IMG/VR virus record: IMGVR_UViG_3300025237_000001
Coordinates: 96,001-160,000 of that record
DNA from: a virus
Reading direction: 5' to 3' (one strand)
Length of the DNA: 64,000 nucleotides
In this document: in pieces, positions 37,501 to 47,795 of the stretch
Layout of the letters: each line of letters begins with the position of its first letter
Numbering within the stretch: position 1 is the stretch's first letter
Made by a program: the position numbers and the translations under genes
The notes under the pieces: generated by a model
Told to the model about the DNA's origin: nothing
What the model saw: the letters and a program-made list of their open reading frames with translations, nothing else
The model's database searches: none

Positions 37501-38071
37501 AGGTACGTATAACATATTAGTTACCGACAGCAATGACCCAGCGGCTACATATCCTGAGACAATAACGATTTCAGTACCAGACCCTTTAAACGTGAATGAG
37601 GTTTTATTTGACCCTAGATGTTTTGATTATTCAGATGGGTCAATACTTGTAACAATAGAAGGTGGTACACAAGAATATTTAGTTAACATGACCAAAAGTA
37701 ATGGTAGTTCAGTTGGTGTTTCATCACAATCACAATCACCACCTTGGACTTACCTTTACGATAGTTTAAGGGCTGATACATATTCTTTAATTGTTACAGA
37801 TGTATTTAACCAATCATATTCAAATAATATTCAATTAATCGAGAACCAATTAGGTTTAACCTTTGAAATAAGTGGGTTTGATTTGATTATTTTATTAACG
37901 GGTTCTATCGATGGTGTGCAATACGAATTAATAAATCAAAATGGTGATATCCAAGCCACCCCAGTAGGTCAAGGACCGAACACGCAACAAATTCATGAAG
38001 TAATATTAGGCGTTGATATACAAGGTTGGCGTGTAAGAAGTGAACATGGTTGCCAAAGTAATAGTTTATAA
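34586..38071 (+). CDS. Large virion protein with carboxypeptidase-regulatory-like N-domain and SprB-like repeats
   Basis: GVVVGRVIMNSGVGVPNARVSIF. Three G-x-I-x-x-x-x-x-GG-T/V-x-x-Y repeats at about 37080-37850. Cys-rich middle region. Confidence 0.65.
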   Translation: MSRSIRIRTEPNGGDKRLKVQINQDFDYLEILSLKISQEDVYRSFYSDYGVVVGRVIMNSGVGVPNARVSIFIPLTDEDAENPELSSIYPFKDLQDVNSDGIRYNTLPNDAQGVCHAPIGTFPTKRELVDNPELLEVYGKYFKYTTTTNGAGDFMLFGVPVGNHMVNVDVDLSDMGIFSQRPYDFIEDGNPKKLFESPTKFKTGTNLNNLTQVKNRQVGVNVIPFWGEKESNEIGISRIDVDINYNIKPKAIFMGAIFGDNEKQSVNKNCRPRRKMGNVCEMGEGEGTIQMLRKTIYGDNERFDVEGGRVINENGTWAYQIPMNLDYMVTDEFGVLSPTDDPTKGIPTRARTRFKISLDQTGGEGRLRTRANHLVPHNPQVLAEVDYTFDDTTSDVHFRDLYWNKIYTVKNHIARWQKTNGYENRNFVGFKDVDDCVGVKTPPPFNKMDTDFNPIYLILCVIMTIILTIISGINNVITLKILDFWPINGIRPFCGIGCIKITCPLDSLEYSPGCRGNCQEGDNSDYEDAKDCFRLALALALNIFEFDFYNDWLNGSLYAFLFKYKKPKNSGHPKYCGDGNNDSGFILNTNPVGGNIETDDEFFGLEEGIIAGAEDDGVEGLELFYKPLTKAGHRFYSTDIYNLGAIFPCDWQDQHFIQPDLIPTTYQIPPLMGDGDNIDENDVTPIDPLFFNLNCIKPKSNNVQSRSIRRICEIGVGLDEPITDDDGNVITPPNGEIDNTDIDNQLLRKKLIKLNTPELSGFNLDNINDEFDVDEYADYRNRVFHSQITQYFGDSFFFYFGTKPENSALNLMNAKYFTDCSRNVKNVIIINGNVTNVTIVDGQDGAIAITVFGGTPSYIYTWFDNDDFPISNGNGGNTPTVFGLGEGSYYVEVIDNNGEGVKAKKTFVVDGLQPLTADIVARNVSQTGQSNGKLIINSIIGGVSPYDIAITGPVASNHTDISFSLTVDNLPQGTYNILVTDSNDPAATYPETITISVPDPLNVNEVLFDPRCFDYSDGSILVTIEGGTQEYLVNMTKSNGSSVGVSSQSQSPPWTYLYDSLRADTYSLIVTDVFNQSYSNNIQLIENQLGLTFEISGFDLIILLTGSIDGVQYELINQNGDIQATPVGQGPNTQQIHEVILGVDIQGWRVRSEHGCQSNSL

Positions 38072-39765
38072 TGGAAAATAGAAAATATAAATTAAATAGT
38101 GCATCATCGCAAAGAGCGGTGAATGAAGATACATTCGATAAAGTTCATCTTGAATCGAAGAGTAATCTTGTACCTATGGGTGAAACCAACAAAGTCATTA
38201 ACGTAGGTGAACAATTCAATACTGAAAGACAAGATTCAAAATATTATAGAATAACAGGGTCATTCAATACTTTATTTAATAACACATTATTTAACACAAC
38301 TGGCACTAACAGTTGGACTACCTTTAATCAAAATGCCTTTAGGGTAATACCTAACGGTGATATGAATGACAGTAGTGATGATTTAACATATAGAGAAGCA
38401 GTGTCAAAATACTGGATGGAAAATAATGGTTGGTTTGGTTATAACGACCCAAATCCAGCAAATCAAAAATTATGTACTTGGGTTGATATGGAACCAAGAA
38501 GAGAGTTATTTTCGTTAACACCAAAAAACTTAGATAAAAATTGGGAACTTACAATAACTTACCCAACAAAATTAGGTGGAATGGAAGGTGATTATTTTCA
38601 TCCTATTGTTAATGGTGGGTTATTCCTAATAGACGTTTCTCAAACCGTTATTGGTGAAAGAGATATGTTAACCTTCGCAACACCAGTTAAACATAATTTA
38701 AAACAAGGTGATGCAGTAGATTTAAGTGGGTTATTAATAAACGATGGTAGTTCTACCTTAAGTCCTTATAACGGTCAATATTCAGTTATTAGATTAGGTA
38801 AGGATAATGGAGATGAAAAAGAATATTATTTTAGTGTAGACATTGAAGAATTAATTGCTACTGACTCAACATCTAGAATGAGTAAGATGGTTAATGGTAG
38901 AAAATCTAGTTATTATGTTAGGGTATTTACAAAGATTAAAACACAATTTACCAATGTGATAGAGGATGATGATTACGAAATCTACCCATTGGCTTTTGGA
39001 CAAACAATATATGAAGATAAGGCACAGCAATTTGTGTTTAATGAAGATATTGATATTTCAGATTTAAAGGATAATTTAAATAGACCTCTTAGTGAGATTT
39101 ACTTAACAATTGTTAAAACAAGTACTAATGGATTCACACCAATTAAATCTGGGGTTAAAATGCCGTTATTCACTAATGCAGCAAATAATAACGGACTTTC
39201 TGATATCAATAGAATAACAAATGATTCAAATAGCCACATACCATTAGATGAGAATGTATTAATAGATAATGACGCATTTTATGGTGATGTTGTTGAGTAC
39301 AGTGTATTTGAACTTAAAGAAACGGTACTAGGAGATGTTTACCATCGATTTAACACGTTTAATAGAGAAAGTGGTGGTAATGTTGATGGAATTTATTTGG
39401 GACTTAGATATGAGGGTTATATGTATAAACCACATCACAAGATTAAAATTAGAGAATATTCTAATTATATAGAACAAGGGAATTTCAGTACATTGAATAA
39501 ACCTTCATACGCAACATCATTAAACGATGGTAGATACATATGGAGAGATTTATTAGATATTGGATTGAATGATACTCAAGAAACGTATTTGGATTACCCA
39601 TTTTTGAATGGAAGTCATTATATAAATTCTTGTATAACATTACCGTTATTTAGACAAGACCCATTTGGGTTTTACGGGTTACAGTGGGGAAGTTACCCAA
39701 CGGAAGCTCAAGGAAATATGATGGATGATAAAGTAATAACTAAAACTTCACAAGATGTCTGTTAA
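38071..39765 (+). CDS. Putative baseplate/virion structural protein
   Basis: 564-aa beta-rich ORF translationally coupled within the baseplate operon. Confidence 0.55.
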   Translation: MENRKYKLNSASSQRAVNEDTFDKVHLESKSNLVPMGETNKVINVGEQFNTERQDSKYYRITGSFNTLFNNTLFNTTGTNSWTTFNQNAFRVIPNGDMNDSSDDLTYREAVSKYWMENNGWFGYNDPNPANQKLCTWVDMEPRRELFSLTPKNLDKNWELTITYPTKLGGMEGDYFHPIVNGGLFLIDVSQTVIGERDMLTFATPVKHNLKQGDAVDLSGLLINDGSSTLSPYNGQYSVIRLGKDNGDEKEYYFSVDIEELIATDSTSRMSKMVNGRKSSYYVRVFTKIKTQFTNVIEDDDYEIYPLAFGQTIYEDKAQQFVFNEDIDISDLKDNLNRPLSEIYLTIVKTSTNGFTPIKSGVKMPLFTNAANNNGLSDINRITNDSNSHIPLDENVLIDNDAFYGDVVEYSVFELKETVLGDVYHRFNTFNRESGGNVDGIYLGLRYEGYMYKPHHKIKIREYSNYIEQGNFSTLNKPSYATSLNDGRYIWRDLLDIGLNDTQETYLDYPFLNGSHYINSCITLPLFRQDPFGFYGLQWGSYPTEAQGNMMDDKVITKTSQDVC

Positions 39766-40666
39766 CAAATATACAATTAGAATTGCTGATTTTGAAATAA
39801 ATGAAGTTGAAAATCTTAATAAATCCCTTAAAATTCCAATTAACTTGGATTTTAATTCAGTTGACCAAGCTGAGGTTGTTAATAGAGACTTTATTTCACA
39901 TGAAGTAGAAAAATCAATCAACCCAATTCTTGATTACGAAAAAACTAGATTTTCACCAACTTTAATGAATGGTGATTTAACAAATAAGGTAAAGATAAAC
40001 TTAAATTTTCTAAACGGTTCAGGTGGATATGCAACTCCAAGTTATTATAGTGATATTGGATTTGATGATAATGATATTAGATTTCAAAAAAACAGGTTTA
40101 AAAATTCGTTTTTGAAATTAAGTTTTTTTGATTCAGATAAACCAACCAACCAAAATCTAATTTCAATAATGACGATTTACTCTAAATTATACAAAACTGA
40201 TTTGAAACAGTTGGTAGACACCAACGGTAATATTCAAGTTGGTGGTGGATTACCATTGAATGCTAATCAAATTTCAGTTAGACTAGAATTGGAGAATCCA
40301 ATTGTAAAACCAGATGGTTTTGCGGAAGGATTTTATGTATACCATTATAAAACCAATTTAGATAATACAGGTAAGACGTTAGAACAAAACACTAAATCGT
40401 TAATACCAACAAACGAAAAGAGAGAAAGTTTATATATGAGGGCAGAGTTTAATAACGCTGCAAATGGTAAAATAACTAAATTTATAACGACAAGTGGTTT
40501 ATTAAATATAAATGATTTGATTAAAAAATTACATGTAAAGTATTTATTAAAAAGGAATGCAACTGGGTATTACTACTCATTGAGCACTAATTATAATAAT
40601 GCTGATAATATAATTGAAACAGGAGCTGGTGTTACGTTAAACCTTTATGAAATAAGAGCTGAATAA
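39755..40666 (+). CDS. Putative virion structural protein
   Basis: Coupled ORF in the baseplate operon. Confidence 0.55.
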   Translation: MSVNKYTIRIADFEINEVENLNKSLKIPINLDFNSVDQAEVVNRDFISHEVEKSINPILDYEKTRFSPTLMNGDLTNKVKINLNFLNGSGGYATPSYYSDIGFDDNDIRFQKNRFKNSFLKLSFFDSDKPTNQNLISIMTIYSKLYKTDLKQLVDTNGNIQVGGGLPLNANQISVRLELENPIVKPDGFAEGFYVYHYKTNLDNTGKTLEQNTKSLIPTNEKRESLYMRAEFNNAANGKITKFITTSGLLNINDLIKKLHVKYLLKRNATGYYYSLSTNYNNADNIIETGAGVTLNLYEIRAE

Positions 40667-41415
40667 TGGATATAATTAAAAGAAAAATATTAGTAAATAA
40701 ATCGAATTCTACAATTGTAGAATCGATTGAACCTATTAGATTTAAAATTCCATTGTATCAAACGATAGAAAATATGGGGTTGAAGTCTGATATGCCGACT
40801 AATACTATGATTCACCCAACTTCATCTGGACTTCCATTGGAGTTTACGAGTCAAGGGGTTATAAGTGATTGGTATAAGCAAGGTAATACGGTGGTTTATG
40901 CATCTGATTCTAAATTAAATGAAGTTAAATCTTATGATAAGAACGAACAATATAAGATAGACTTCGATATGAAAAAAGAATCATATTCTAATTTCGAATC
41001 AACAACCATTATAGGTGTTGATAGAGTTACGAATATTGACAATGATGCGATTACATATGTTCTGGACACTAAACGTGATAACCTATTAGGTACTACGGGG
41101 CAAACAACAGGTACGTTATACACTGATAATACACCAGATAATCTATTTTTACCAGCTGAATTAGATAATAATATAACGAAAACAAGGGTTCAATATGAGA
41201 GTGAAGGTTGGAATAGAACTAACGCTTCATTAACACCACAAATTCAGGAAGAATATTTATTAGGGATAATTAGTCAACCAGAAGTTAAAAGTGATGTATT
41301 TATAGATAGAAGCACTTTTAGTGTTTTAGATAAACATTTAAGATTATCTGAAATAGAAAGTCTAGACCATCTAACAAGATATGGTAATGGATTTTATAAT
41401 ATTAATAGAGATTAA
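40666..41415 (+). CDS. Putative virion structural protein
   Basis: TAATG-coupled ORF in the baseplate operon. Confidence 0.55.
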   Translation: MDIIKRKILVNKSNSTIVESIEPIRFKIPLYQTIENMGLKSDMPTNTMIHPTSSGLPLEFTSQGVISDWYKQGNTVVYASDSKLNEVKSYDKNEQYKIDFDMKKESYSNFESTTIIGVDRVTNIDNDAITYVLDTKRDNLLGTTGQTTGTLYTDNTPDNLFLPAELDNNITKTRVQYESEGWNRTNASLTPQIQEEYLLGIISQPEVKSDVFIDRSTFSVLDKHLRLSEIESLDHLTRYGNGFYNINRD

Positions 41416-41427
41416 AAAGAAATAATT

Positions 41428-42339
41428 ATGGCAGTAGGAAATTACGGAACAGTAAGACCAGCCGATGTATCATTAGATGATGTTGAGGTTTTCTTACATT
41501 ACACACCATCAAGAAATGAAATAGGTGATACAACGCTAACTAAGTTAAATACGACTGATGTGCTTTCACAAGTTAATAACCCAAACAACCCAAATGTGGT
41601 TGAAATTTTTGGTGGAATGTATACATTGACGTTACCTAGCACTATTTTCTCAGAAAAGGGAATTTATACAATATCGATTAAACCACTAGAAATTAGAACA
41701 AGTATTTTAGATTGTGGTGTTTTAGCCGCAAAGTCAGATATCAAAGGGTTAATATTTGATACAGCTTCTACGAATCTAAATAGCGCATATGCTTCTAGGT
41801 TTAGAAATGGTGGTTTAGTAGGTTATAGAGTTGAATATTTAGATAATCTTAAAGCTGATGTTAAAACAAGAAATTTCTTCACAATCATTACATCTAATAA
41901 TAGAGTTGATGTGGTTAATCAAAACTTAACCAACACTAACCAAAAAGCGGTTAGATATAATTTCAATAACAACTCTAGTTTAGTATTTACGACAGTAACA
42001 CCAAGTTCAGCCTCAAATGTGAAACCTAATGTGTTACCATTTATTGGTGAACCTAATCAAGATGTGATAATCACAAACACTTTCTTCAATCCAGTTATGA
42101 TTGAAATAGAAATGGTTGAGTATGACGTTGAATCATTAGCAATCGGTCTATATGGACCACAAAGTAAATCTGTTGAAGATGGTATTTACACTAATTATAC
42201 CTTTGATAAAGAAATTTACAAACAATATAATTTATTTGAAATAAAAGACCAATTTACAGGAGAACCTGTATTTGAAATAAGAGAACCTAGAACTGAAATA
42301 GATTTTAGTAAAGATTTTGACGATATAAGCCAAGTATAA
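41428..42339 (+). CDS. Putative virion structural protein
   Basis: 303-aa ORF in the baseplate operon. Confidence 0.55.
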   Translation: MAVGNYGTVRPADVSLDDVEVFLHYTPSRNEIGDTTLTKLNTTDVLSQVNNPNNPNVVEIFGGMYTLTLPSTIFSEKGIYTISIKPLEIRTSILDCGVLAAKSDIKGLIFDTASTNLNSAYASRFRNGGLVGYRVEYLDNLKADVKTRNFFTIITSNNRVDVVNQNLTNTNQKAVRYNFNNNSSLVFTTVTPSSASNVKPNVLPFIGEPNQDVIITNTFFNPVMIEIEMVEYDVESLAIGLYGPQSKSVEDGIYTNYTFDKEIYKQYNLFEIKDQFTGEPVFEIREPRTEIDFSKDFDDISQV

Positions 42340-45300
42340 TGAGCACTGATACTAGTAATAATAACAACAACTTAGTAAAAATAGTAGGATACGCCAAAAA
42401 AGATTTTTTTGACAACGGTATCGAATATAGAAACTTCTCACCAGATTTGGTAGGACAACAATTCGCTAGTGATGAAGGTACCCCTATTTTCACTTCGGGT
42501 AATTTTAATATTTCTACTAATTTAGATAGTAAAGTTGATAAAAATTTTATTACTAACCCATTTAGTAATTTCATATCTCTAGATACTTTGAATTTAGATG
42601 ATGGGTTAGAAGCTATCACTACTAGGTATTCTAAACACGCTAAATTAAACTTAGATTACACTGATATGTTAAATTACGCCCAATTTGGGTCGTTAAAGGA
42701 ATATATCAGAGTTTCACTAGAAAACATTATAATAAATTGGGCAGCGTCATTGTATATTACTGAAGTCTCCCAAACTGATACAACAATAACTGGTGATACT
42801 ACTGTTGGTTATGGATACACACTATTTTCTAATACGTGTACATTTCAAATTGAAACTGATAGAATTAATAACCCATTTGAAATTAATTACATCGAAGGTG
42901 GTACAATTGTTAATACATTTAACGAAAGTAACCCATTAAGGGATTTAATTTTAAATTATAGTAGTTACGTTATTTCAAATAAATACGGTGATTTCCCTAT
43001 TGTTGATATAACAGGGGCTACAGGGTTAACAGGTTCATTTATTTCACTAATAGTAGAAGGTAATGCATTCCCAAATGATGGTTCAGAGACATTAGACTAT
43101 CACGTTAAACCAAACGCAAATAAATTTGAAGAATTTTTTTTAAGTTTAAATCAATTTGAAAATAACTTATTAAATAGACTAACCATCCCCGCATATACTG
43201 GAAAATTTAAAGTATATAATGAGACTGAAACTGGTGCAATCGTTGAGACGTTTAAAGAATTAACGTGGCCCGTATCTGATGGTTATAATTTAGATTTTAA
43301 TACAATAGATTATACTAATTACGTTTCCGAATTATTATCAATTGCTACGATTAATGATAATTCTAAATCTGATTTAATGGTTAGATTTTTAGTATCTACA
43401 TCAATATCAGAATTTGATAGTATACCAGATATTAATGGTACGTATTCTGGTAGTGAGAGTGGTGGTCAGAAGATGACTAGTACATTAAAAGTTTATGGTA
43501 GAGAATTTGACGAAATAAACGATTACATAACAGGAATTTCATTTGCTAATGTAGTTACATATGATAAGAAAAATAATACACCAGATGCAGTAGTTAAAAA
43601 CTTAGCTAGAGTATTAGGATGGCAATTAACAACTTCAATTACTGAAATTGACGTGTTAGATAATTTCTTGAATTTAAATCCAAACTATTATGATGGTTAT
43701 TCAAGAGGATATAGTGATGCTGAGGTTGAAATTGAATTATGGAGAAGAATAGTACTTAACACACCTTGGCTTTGGAAATCTAAGGGTACTAGGAAGGCAA
43801 TAGAGTTCTTATTTAAGTTCATAGGTGCGCCAGATGGTTTAGTGACCTTTAATGAACACTTATACGTTGCTAACGATGTAGTGGATATTGAATTAATCAT
43901 CGAAATGATGGAATACTTCAATGGAACTAACGATATTTCAGGTCTTAATTTTGATGCTGATGGATATCCATTGGTTTTACCAGACACCCCAGAGATGTAT
44001 TTCCAAAAAGCTGGTCTATGGTATAGAACAACAGGTGGTCCAAGCCCAGATATTGACATATTAAAGGGTAATAACCCACATATTGGTCCTTACGATGGTG
44101 GTCAAGCTTATATTGACCAATTTACCGATTGTTTAATCCCTAACTACGAGGATTGTAATAGTCCAACACCTAGTATATGTGATGGATATACACCAACTGG
44201 TAATGTATTAAAGAATTGGCAAGTTTTTAGTTATTCGGGTGGTACAACCGTAGTTGTACCAAGTGTTGAGTGTTGTTTTAAACACGGATTTATCGATGAT
44301 GTTAGAAGTGGTGTAATTCATTGTGTTTATGACCCAACATCTAGAAGAATATTTCAGGAAGCAACTGACACAACAATTATTGACCCTTGTATTGGCACAG
44401 GATTTACATTAAATGAAGTTAATTTATTTACAAATTACGCTATCGGTACCTTTGACGAGTGCTGTAGTTCAACCAAAGATGTTGACATAGATACTGACCA
44501 AAATTTTGATGGGATTTTAACAGAAAATATTAATAAAATATTAAGGTCTAACCCAGTTACTGAAACTGGTTGTACGTTCACAAACGTATGGGAAGTAACT
44601 GCTTATTATGAAGGTGAAAGTATTTACGTTAATGAGTGGTACACTGGTGCAACAGCACCAGATAAAACACAATACCTTGCTGAATTATATAATTTAAGTG
44701 GAACTACTGAATTAAGCGCAGCTACTTTCGTAGATATTAACGATATCCTTACGGTTAGTATTGATAGTGATTGTGAACCTATTCTTAATGAAAAAACAGG
44801 TAAATTTACAGTTCCAGCTGATGAATATTTAAGAATAGATTTATGTATTTCAACAGATTTTAATTGTGTTGATGAAACAGTAACAGGGTTAACAGGGTTC
44901 AATATTAGTAAATCTAATGATGACGCTTGTAGTCCAAGAAGTGCGTTAGCACTTGATGAATTCTATTACCATAATGGTATAGGTTCATTACCAGCGGTAG
45001 GTGATTATGTTTATTATGATATTAACGGTCTAACACCATTTGTTAGTGGTGATAAAGAAAGATTTATGGGTGGTGATTGGACAATTGTAACAAATTGGTT
45101 AGAAACTGATGCAACAGGACTTATGATTGAAATTATATGTCCAATATTTAGTTGTTTAGTAACTACAGGTCAAGGAATATTAAATGTTATTAATAAATCA
45201 ATAGACAATAACTTGTTCTGGGTTGATGGTGTTACACAATTAAGAAGTACTAAAATAACATATGAATTATTTGATGTAGTTGCTACACAATACGGACAAT

Positions 45301-45551
45301 CCGTAACCGCTACAATTTCTGATGGTTTTGCAGCTTACCAACTTACTGAGGATAACCCTATAATTTCACTTACTAAAGATATTAACCCGAATGGTGGTAG
45401 TAATTCGTCAGGTCTTTATGATTATGACGCACACTTTACTTATGCGTCAAGTGTAGTATCATTTAAAGTTAGAATGATTGTAACAGAAATAAAAGATGAA
45501 TGTATATTAGGTACTAATACACAAACTATATCAATTGGAACTAATAAATAA
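42339..45551 (+). CDS. Baseplate wedge protein (gp7/gpI-like) with inserted Cys-rich module
   Basis: LWRRIVLNTPWLWKSKGTRKAIEFLFKFIG resembles the KGT motif of gp7/gpI-type wedges. CC module at 44178-44327. Confidence 0.6.
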   Translation: MSTDTSNNNNNLVKIVGYAKKDFFDNGIEYRNFSPDLVGQQFASDEGTPIFTSGNFNISTNLDSKVDKNFITNPFSNFISLDTLNLDDGLEAITTRYSKHAKLNLDYTDMLNYAQFGSLKEYIRVSLENIIINWAASLYITEVSQTDTTITGDTTVGYGYTLFSNTCTFQIETDRINNPFEINYIEGGTIVNTFNESNPLRDLILNYSSYVISNKYGDFPIVDITGATGLTGSFISLIVEGNAFPNDGSETLDYHVKPNANKFEEFFLSLNQFENNLLNRLTIPAYTGKFKVYNETETGAIVETFKELTWPVSDGYNLDFNTIDYTNYVSELLSIATINDNSKSDLMVRFLVSTSISEFDSIPDINGTYSGSESGGQKMTSTLKVYGREFDEINDYITGISFANVVTYDKKNNTPDAVVKNLARVLGWQLTTSITEIDVLDNFLNLNPNYYDGYSRGYSDAEVEIELWRRIVLNTPWLWKSKGTRKAIEFLFKFIGAPDGLVTFNEHLYVANDVVDIELIIEMMEYFNGTNDISGLNFDADGYPLVLPDTPEMYFQKAGLWYRTTGGPSPDIDILKGNNPHIGPYDGGQAYIDQFTDCLIPNYEDCNSPTPSICDGYTPTGNVLKNWQVFSYSGGTTVVVPSVECCFKHGFIDDVRSGVIHCVYDPTSRRIFQEATDTTIIDPCIGTGFTLNEVNLFTNYAIGTFDECCSSTKDVDIDTDQNFDGILTENINKILRSNPVTETGCTFTNVWEVTAYYEGESIYVNEWYTGATAPDKTQYLAELYNLSGTTELSAATFVDINDILTVSIDSDCEPILNEKTGKFTVPADEYLRIDLCISTDFNCVDETVTGLTGFNISKSNDDACSPRSALALDEFYYHNGIGSLPAVGDYVYYDINGLTPFVSGDKERFMGGDWTIVTNWLETDATGLMIEIICPIFSCLVTTGQGILNVINKSIDNNLFWVDGVTQLRSTKITYELFDVVATQYGQSVTATISDGFAAYQLTEDNPIISLTKDINPNGGSNSSGLYDYDAHFTYASSVVSFKVRMIVTEIKDECILGTNTQTISIGTNK

Positions 45552-45556
45552 AAATT

Positions 45557-46672
45557 ATGAGTATATCAGGAACAACAGAGACATGTGAAATTCTAACCAA
45601 CACCCCATTTGTGGTGCAAGGTGGTTTGAATGAAATCAATTTATCAACGATTACAATCACTGATGAAAATGGGTTAGATGTGGAAACATGTTTCGGAATT
45701 TCAACGGATATTATAACCGTAGATGGTACTAATGTGACTTTAACGGGTGAGTGTGACACTAGTTTAGAAATTCTTATAACTCAAGGAATTGACATTCCAA
45801 TTAGTTGTGAGTATGTTTCATATGAGATTGGTCAAGATGGTGTACTTGTATTTACGTTTGCTGATGGTTCAATAAGTACTAACATTCATCCAGATTGTTG
45901 TACGTTCATTGGTTATGACCCTGAGATTGGACCTGAACATTGGTGGATATGTAGGTCTATACCTATTATCGACCCATTAGATTGTGATAATTATACACCA
46001 ACTGGTGCTTATTTAGGTGATTGGGCGATTTTCGACTTTATCACTGGTGGTACTGTAACAACTGTACCAAGTGCGCAATGTTGTTACGACCATGGACTTA
46101 TTGATTTAATGGTAAACGGTGAGATTAAATGTGTTGTTGAAGTGGTTAGTCCTTGTGAAGGATATGAAGTAATTGAACCTGTTCCATTAACTGGACCAAT
46201 TCCATTTACTGACCCGAATGGTCAACAAACAGTAATAGTGCCAGCATCCGAATGTTGTACAAATTTAGGTTATAACTTTATGGTAAATGGTGGTGGGTTT
46301 ACTTGCTACCAAAATAGTGGTGAACAACCAACAGTAAACATTACCAACGACCTATGTTGTCAAGAAGATGCACAATGTCACAGATGGGAATATGATATGC
46401 GAACAAGTAATTTAAATTCTGGTGATAGCTACGTAGTACAATATATTGATATTGCGGGTAATCAACAAATAGAAGAATTCTTTTGGGGTAATGATAGTAT
46501 TGGATTCTTTTATGCTCAAGAAATGACACACATAGATTTCAATGGTCAAACGTGTTATGATATTAACCCAATACCAAATAGTGATTGTGACCCAATAATA
46601 TTAGGACAAAGCCATACAAATTGGGATGGTAGCTTTGTATCAAGTAACCCAATAATTACATGTAGTGTATAA
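45557..46672 (+). CDS. Cys-rich virion protein with three C...CC...C modules
   Basis: Repeats ending HPDCC, PSAQCC and PASECC. Confidence 0.6.
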   Translation: MSISGTTETCEILTNTPFVVQGGLNEINLSTITITDENGLDVETCFGISTDIITVDGTNVTLTGECDTSLEILITQGIDIPISCEYVSYEIGQDGVLVFTFADGSISTNIHPDCCTFIGYDPEIGPEHWWICRSIPIIDPLDCDNYTPTGAYLGDWAIFDFITGGTVTTVPSAQCCYDHGLIDLMVNGEIKCVVEVVSPCEGYEVIEPVPLTGPIPFTDPNGQQTVIVPASECCTNLGYNFMVNGGGFTCYQNSGEQPTVNITNDLCCQEDAQCHRWEYDMRTSNLNSGDSYVVQYIDIAGNQQIEEFFWGNDSIGFFYAQEMTHIDFNGQTCYDINPIPNSDCDPIILGQSHTNWDGSFVSSNPIITCSV

Positions 46673-47113
46673 ATGAAATTATTAAATAACATAATGCGAG
46701 TAAATGAACTTTGTGAAGGTGACTGTATAATAGTTGGTGGGGCATGTTCGTTTTTAAACAACAAAAAGGAAGAGATTGATGTTAGGGATATAGATATTGT
46801 TATTACTAAAGAAAGTACATTAGATAAATTAACGGTATTAGGTGAAGTTGTGAAATCAAGAAATAACCAACTATTTGGTTTAGAAGTGGGTAGATACCAC
46901 ATAAAAATGGTTGGTGAGCACACTATTGATATATTTTTAAAAGAAAGTCATGCTGGTCATGATACCATTAAAATTTTAAATAAAGAGTTGAAGAAAGATA
47001 CGTTAGAAACACAAAAAAAATATTTGGAATTTCTAATTATTAATTCAAAAAAAATAAATAAGGATGTTTTAGTAGAACGTTTTAATAAAAAATTAATTAG
47101 ATTATGTGTGTAA
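46673..47113 (+). CDS. Minimal nucleotidyltransferase (Pol-beta superfamily)
   Basis: IIVGGACS...RDIDIVI (hGG/S then DxD) plus a third acidic strand TIDIF. Confidence 0.6.
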   Translation: MKLLNNIMRVNELCEGDCIIVGGACSFLNNKKEEIDVRDIDIVITKESTLDKLTVLGEVVKSRNNQLFGLEVGRYHIKMVGEHTIDIFLKESHAGHDTIKILNKELKKDTLETQKKYLEFLIINSKKINKDVLVERFNKKLIRLCV

Positions 47114-47754
47114 TAAATATAAATTTAGATACAACAACCCCAGATGGTACTACAATTGTCTCAGCTTCTGGTCAATATCGACTTCAAGGGGCAACTAATT
47201 GGAGCACCCCTTTTAACATTGATTTAAGCAACCCAAATACTCCAAATATAACAGGTATTGGAATTTATGAATTACGAGTGAATGTTACTAATAGTGTAGG
47301 TATTACAAGTGAATGGGCTTTAGGGAGCTTTGAAGTGTCTACAGTATGTGGTGGTGGTGGTGGACTACAAACATGTACCTCTAACTGTGGTAGTGGTTGG
47401 AACCAAGTGGTAGAAGTACCACAAGGGGAACAAAGATTTCTTACGATACAAAAAATTGGGTTAGCCACTTATGCTGGTTCATTATTTTTAGATAGTTTAA
47501 TACCTTGTGATGATTTCATTGGCACACTTTTATCGAATGCTTCATCAAACAATATTTTAGAATTTGGTCCCTTTACCACAACAACAACGTTTAAGTTTGG
47601 GTTAGATGCTAACCAAAATCAAACTGGAACAGCTGTATCGCAACTAGTTATTAGAACATACTCAGATGGCTTTGGTCAAGGTGAAGTTTCTGCTGATGCC
47701 TACTCTAGAACACATCGTTTGAATAATATAGGAAATGATGTGGTACATTGTTAA
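47104..47754 (+). CDS. Virion protein with N-terminal FN3/Ig-like domain
   Basis: QYRLQGATNWS...GIYELRVNVTNSVGITSEW, followed by a Gly linker and a second beta domain. Confidence 0.55.
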   Translation: MCVININLDTTTPDGTTIVSASGQYRLQGATNWSTPFNIDLSNPNTPNITGIGIYELRVNVTNSVGITSEWALGSFEVSTVCGGGGGLQTCTSNCGSGWNQVVEVPQGEQRFLTIQKIGLATYAGSLFLDSLIPCDDFIGTLLSNASSNNILEFGPFTTTTTFKFGLDANQNQTGTAVSQLVIRTYSDGFGQGEVSADAYSRTHRLNNIGNDVVHC

Positions 47755-47795
47755 TTAATAAAACATAATTACTATATTTATAATAAAGAATAATA

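Noticed and set aside
44178-46135. Diversity-generating retroelement template/variable repeat pair
   Set aside because: The two Cys-module copies differ at all base types and mainly match at protein level. No adenine-specific pattern and no reverse transcriptase in the window.
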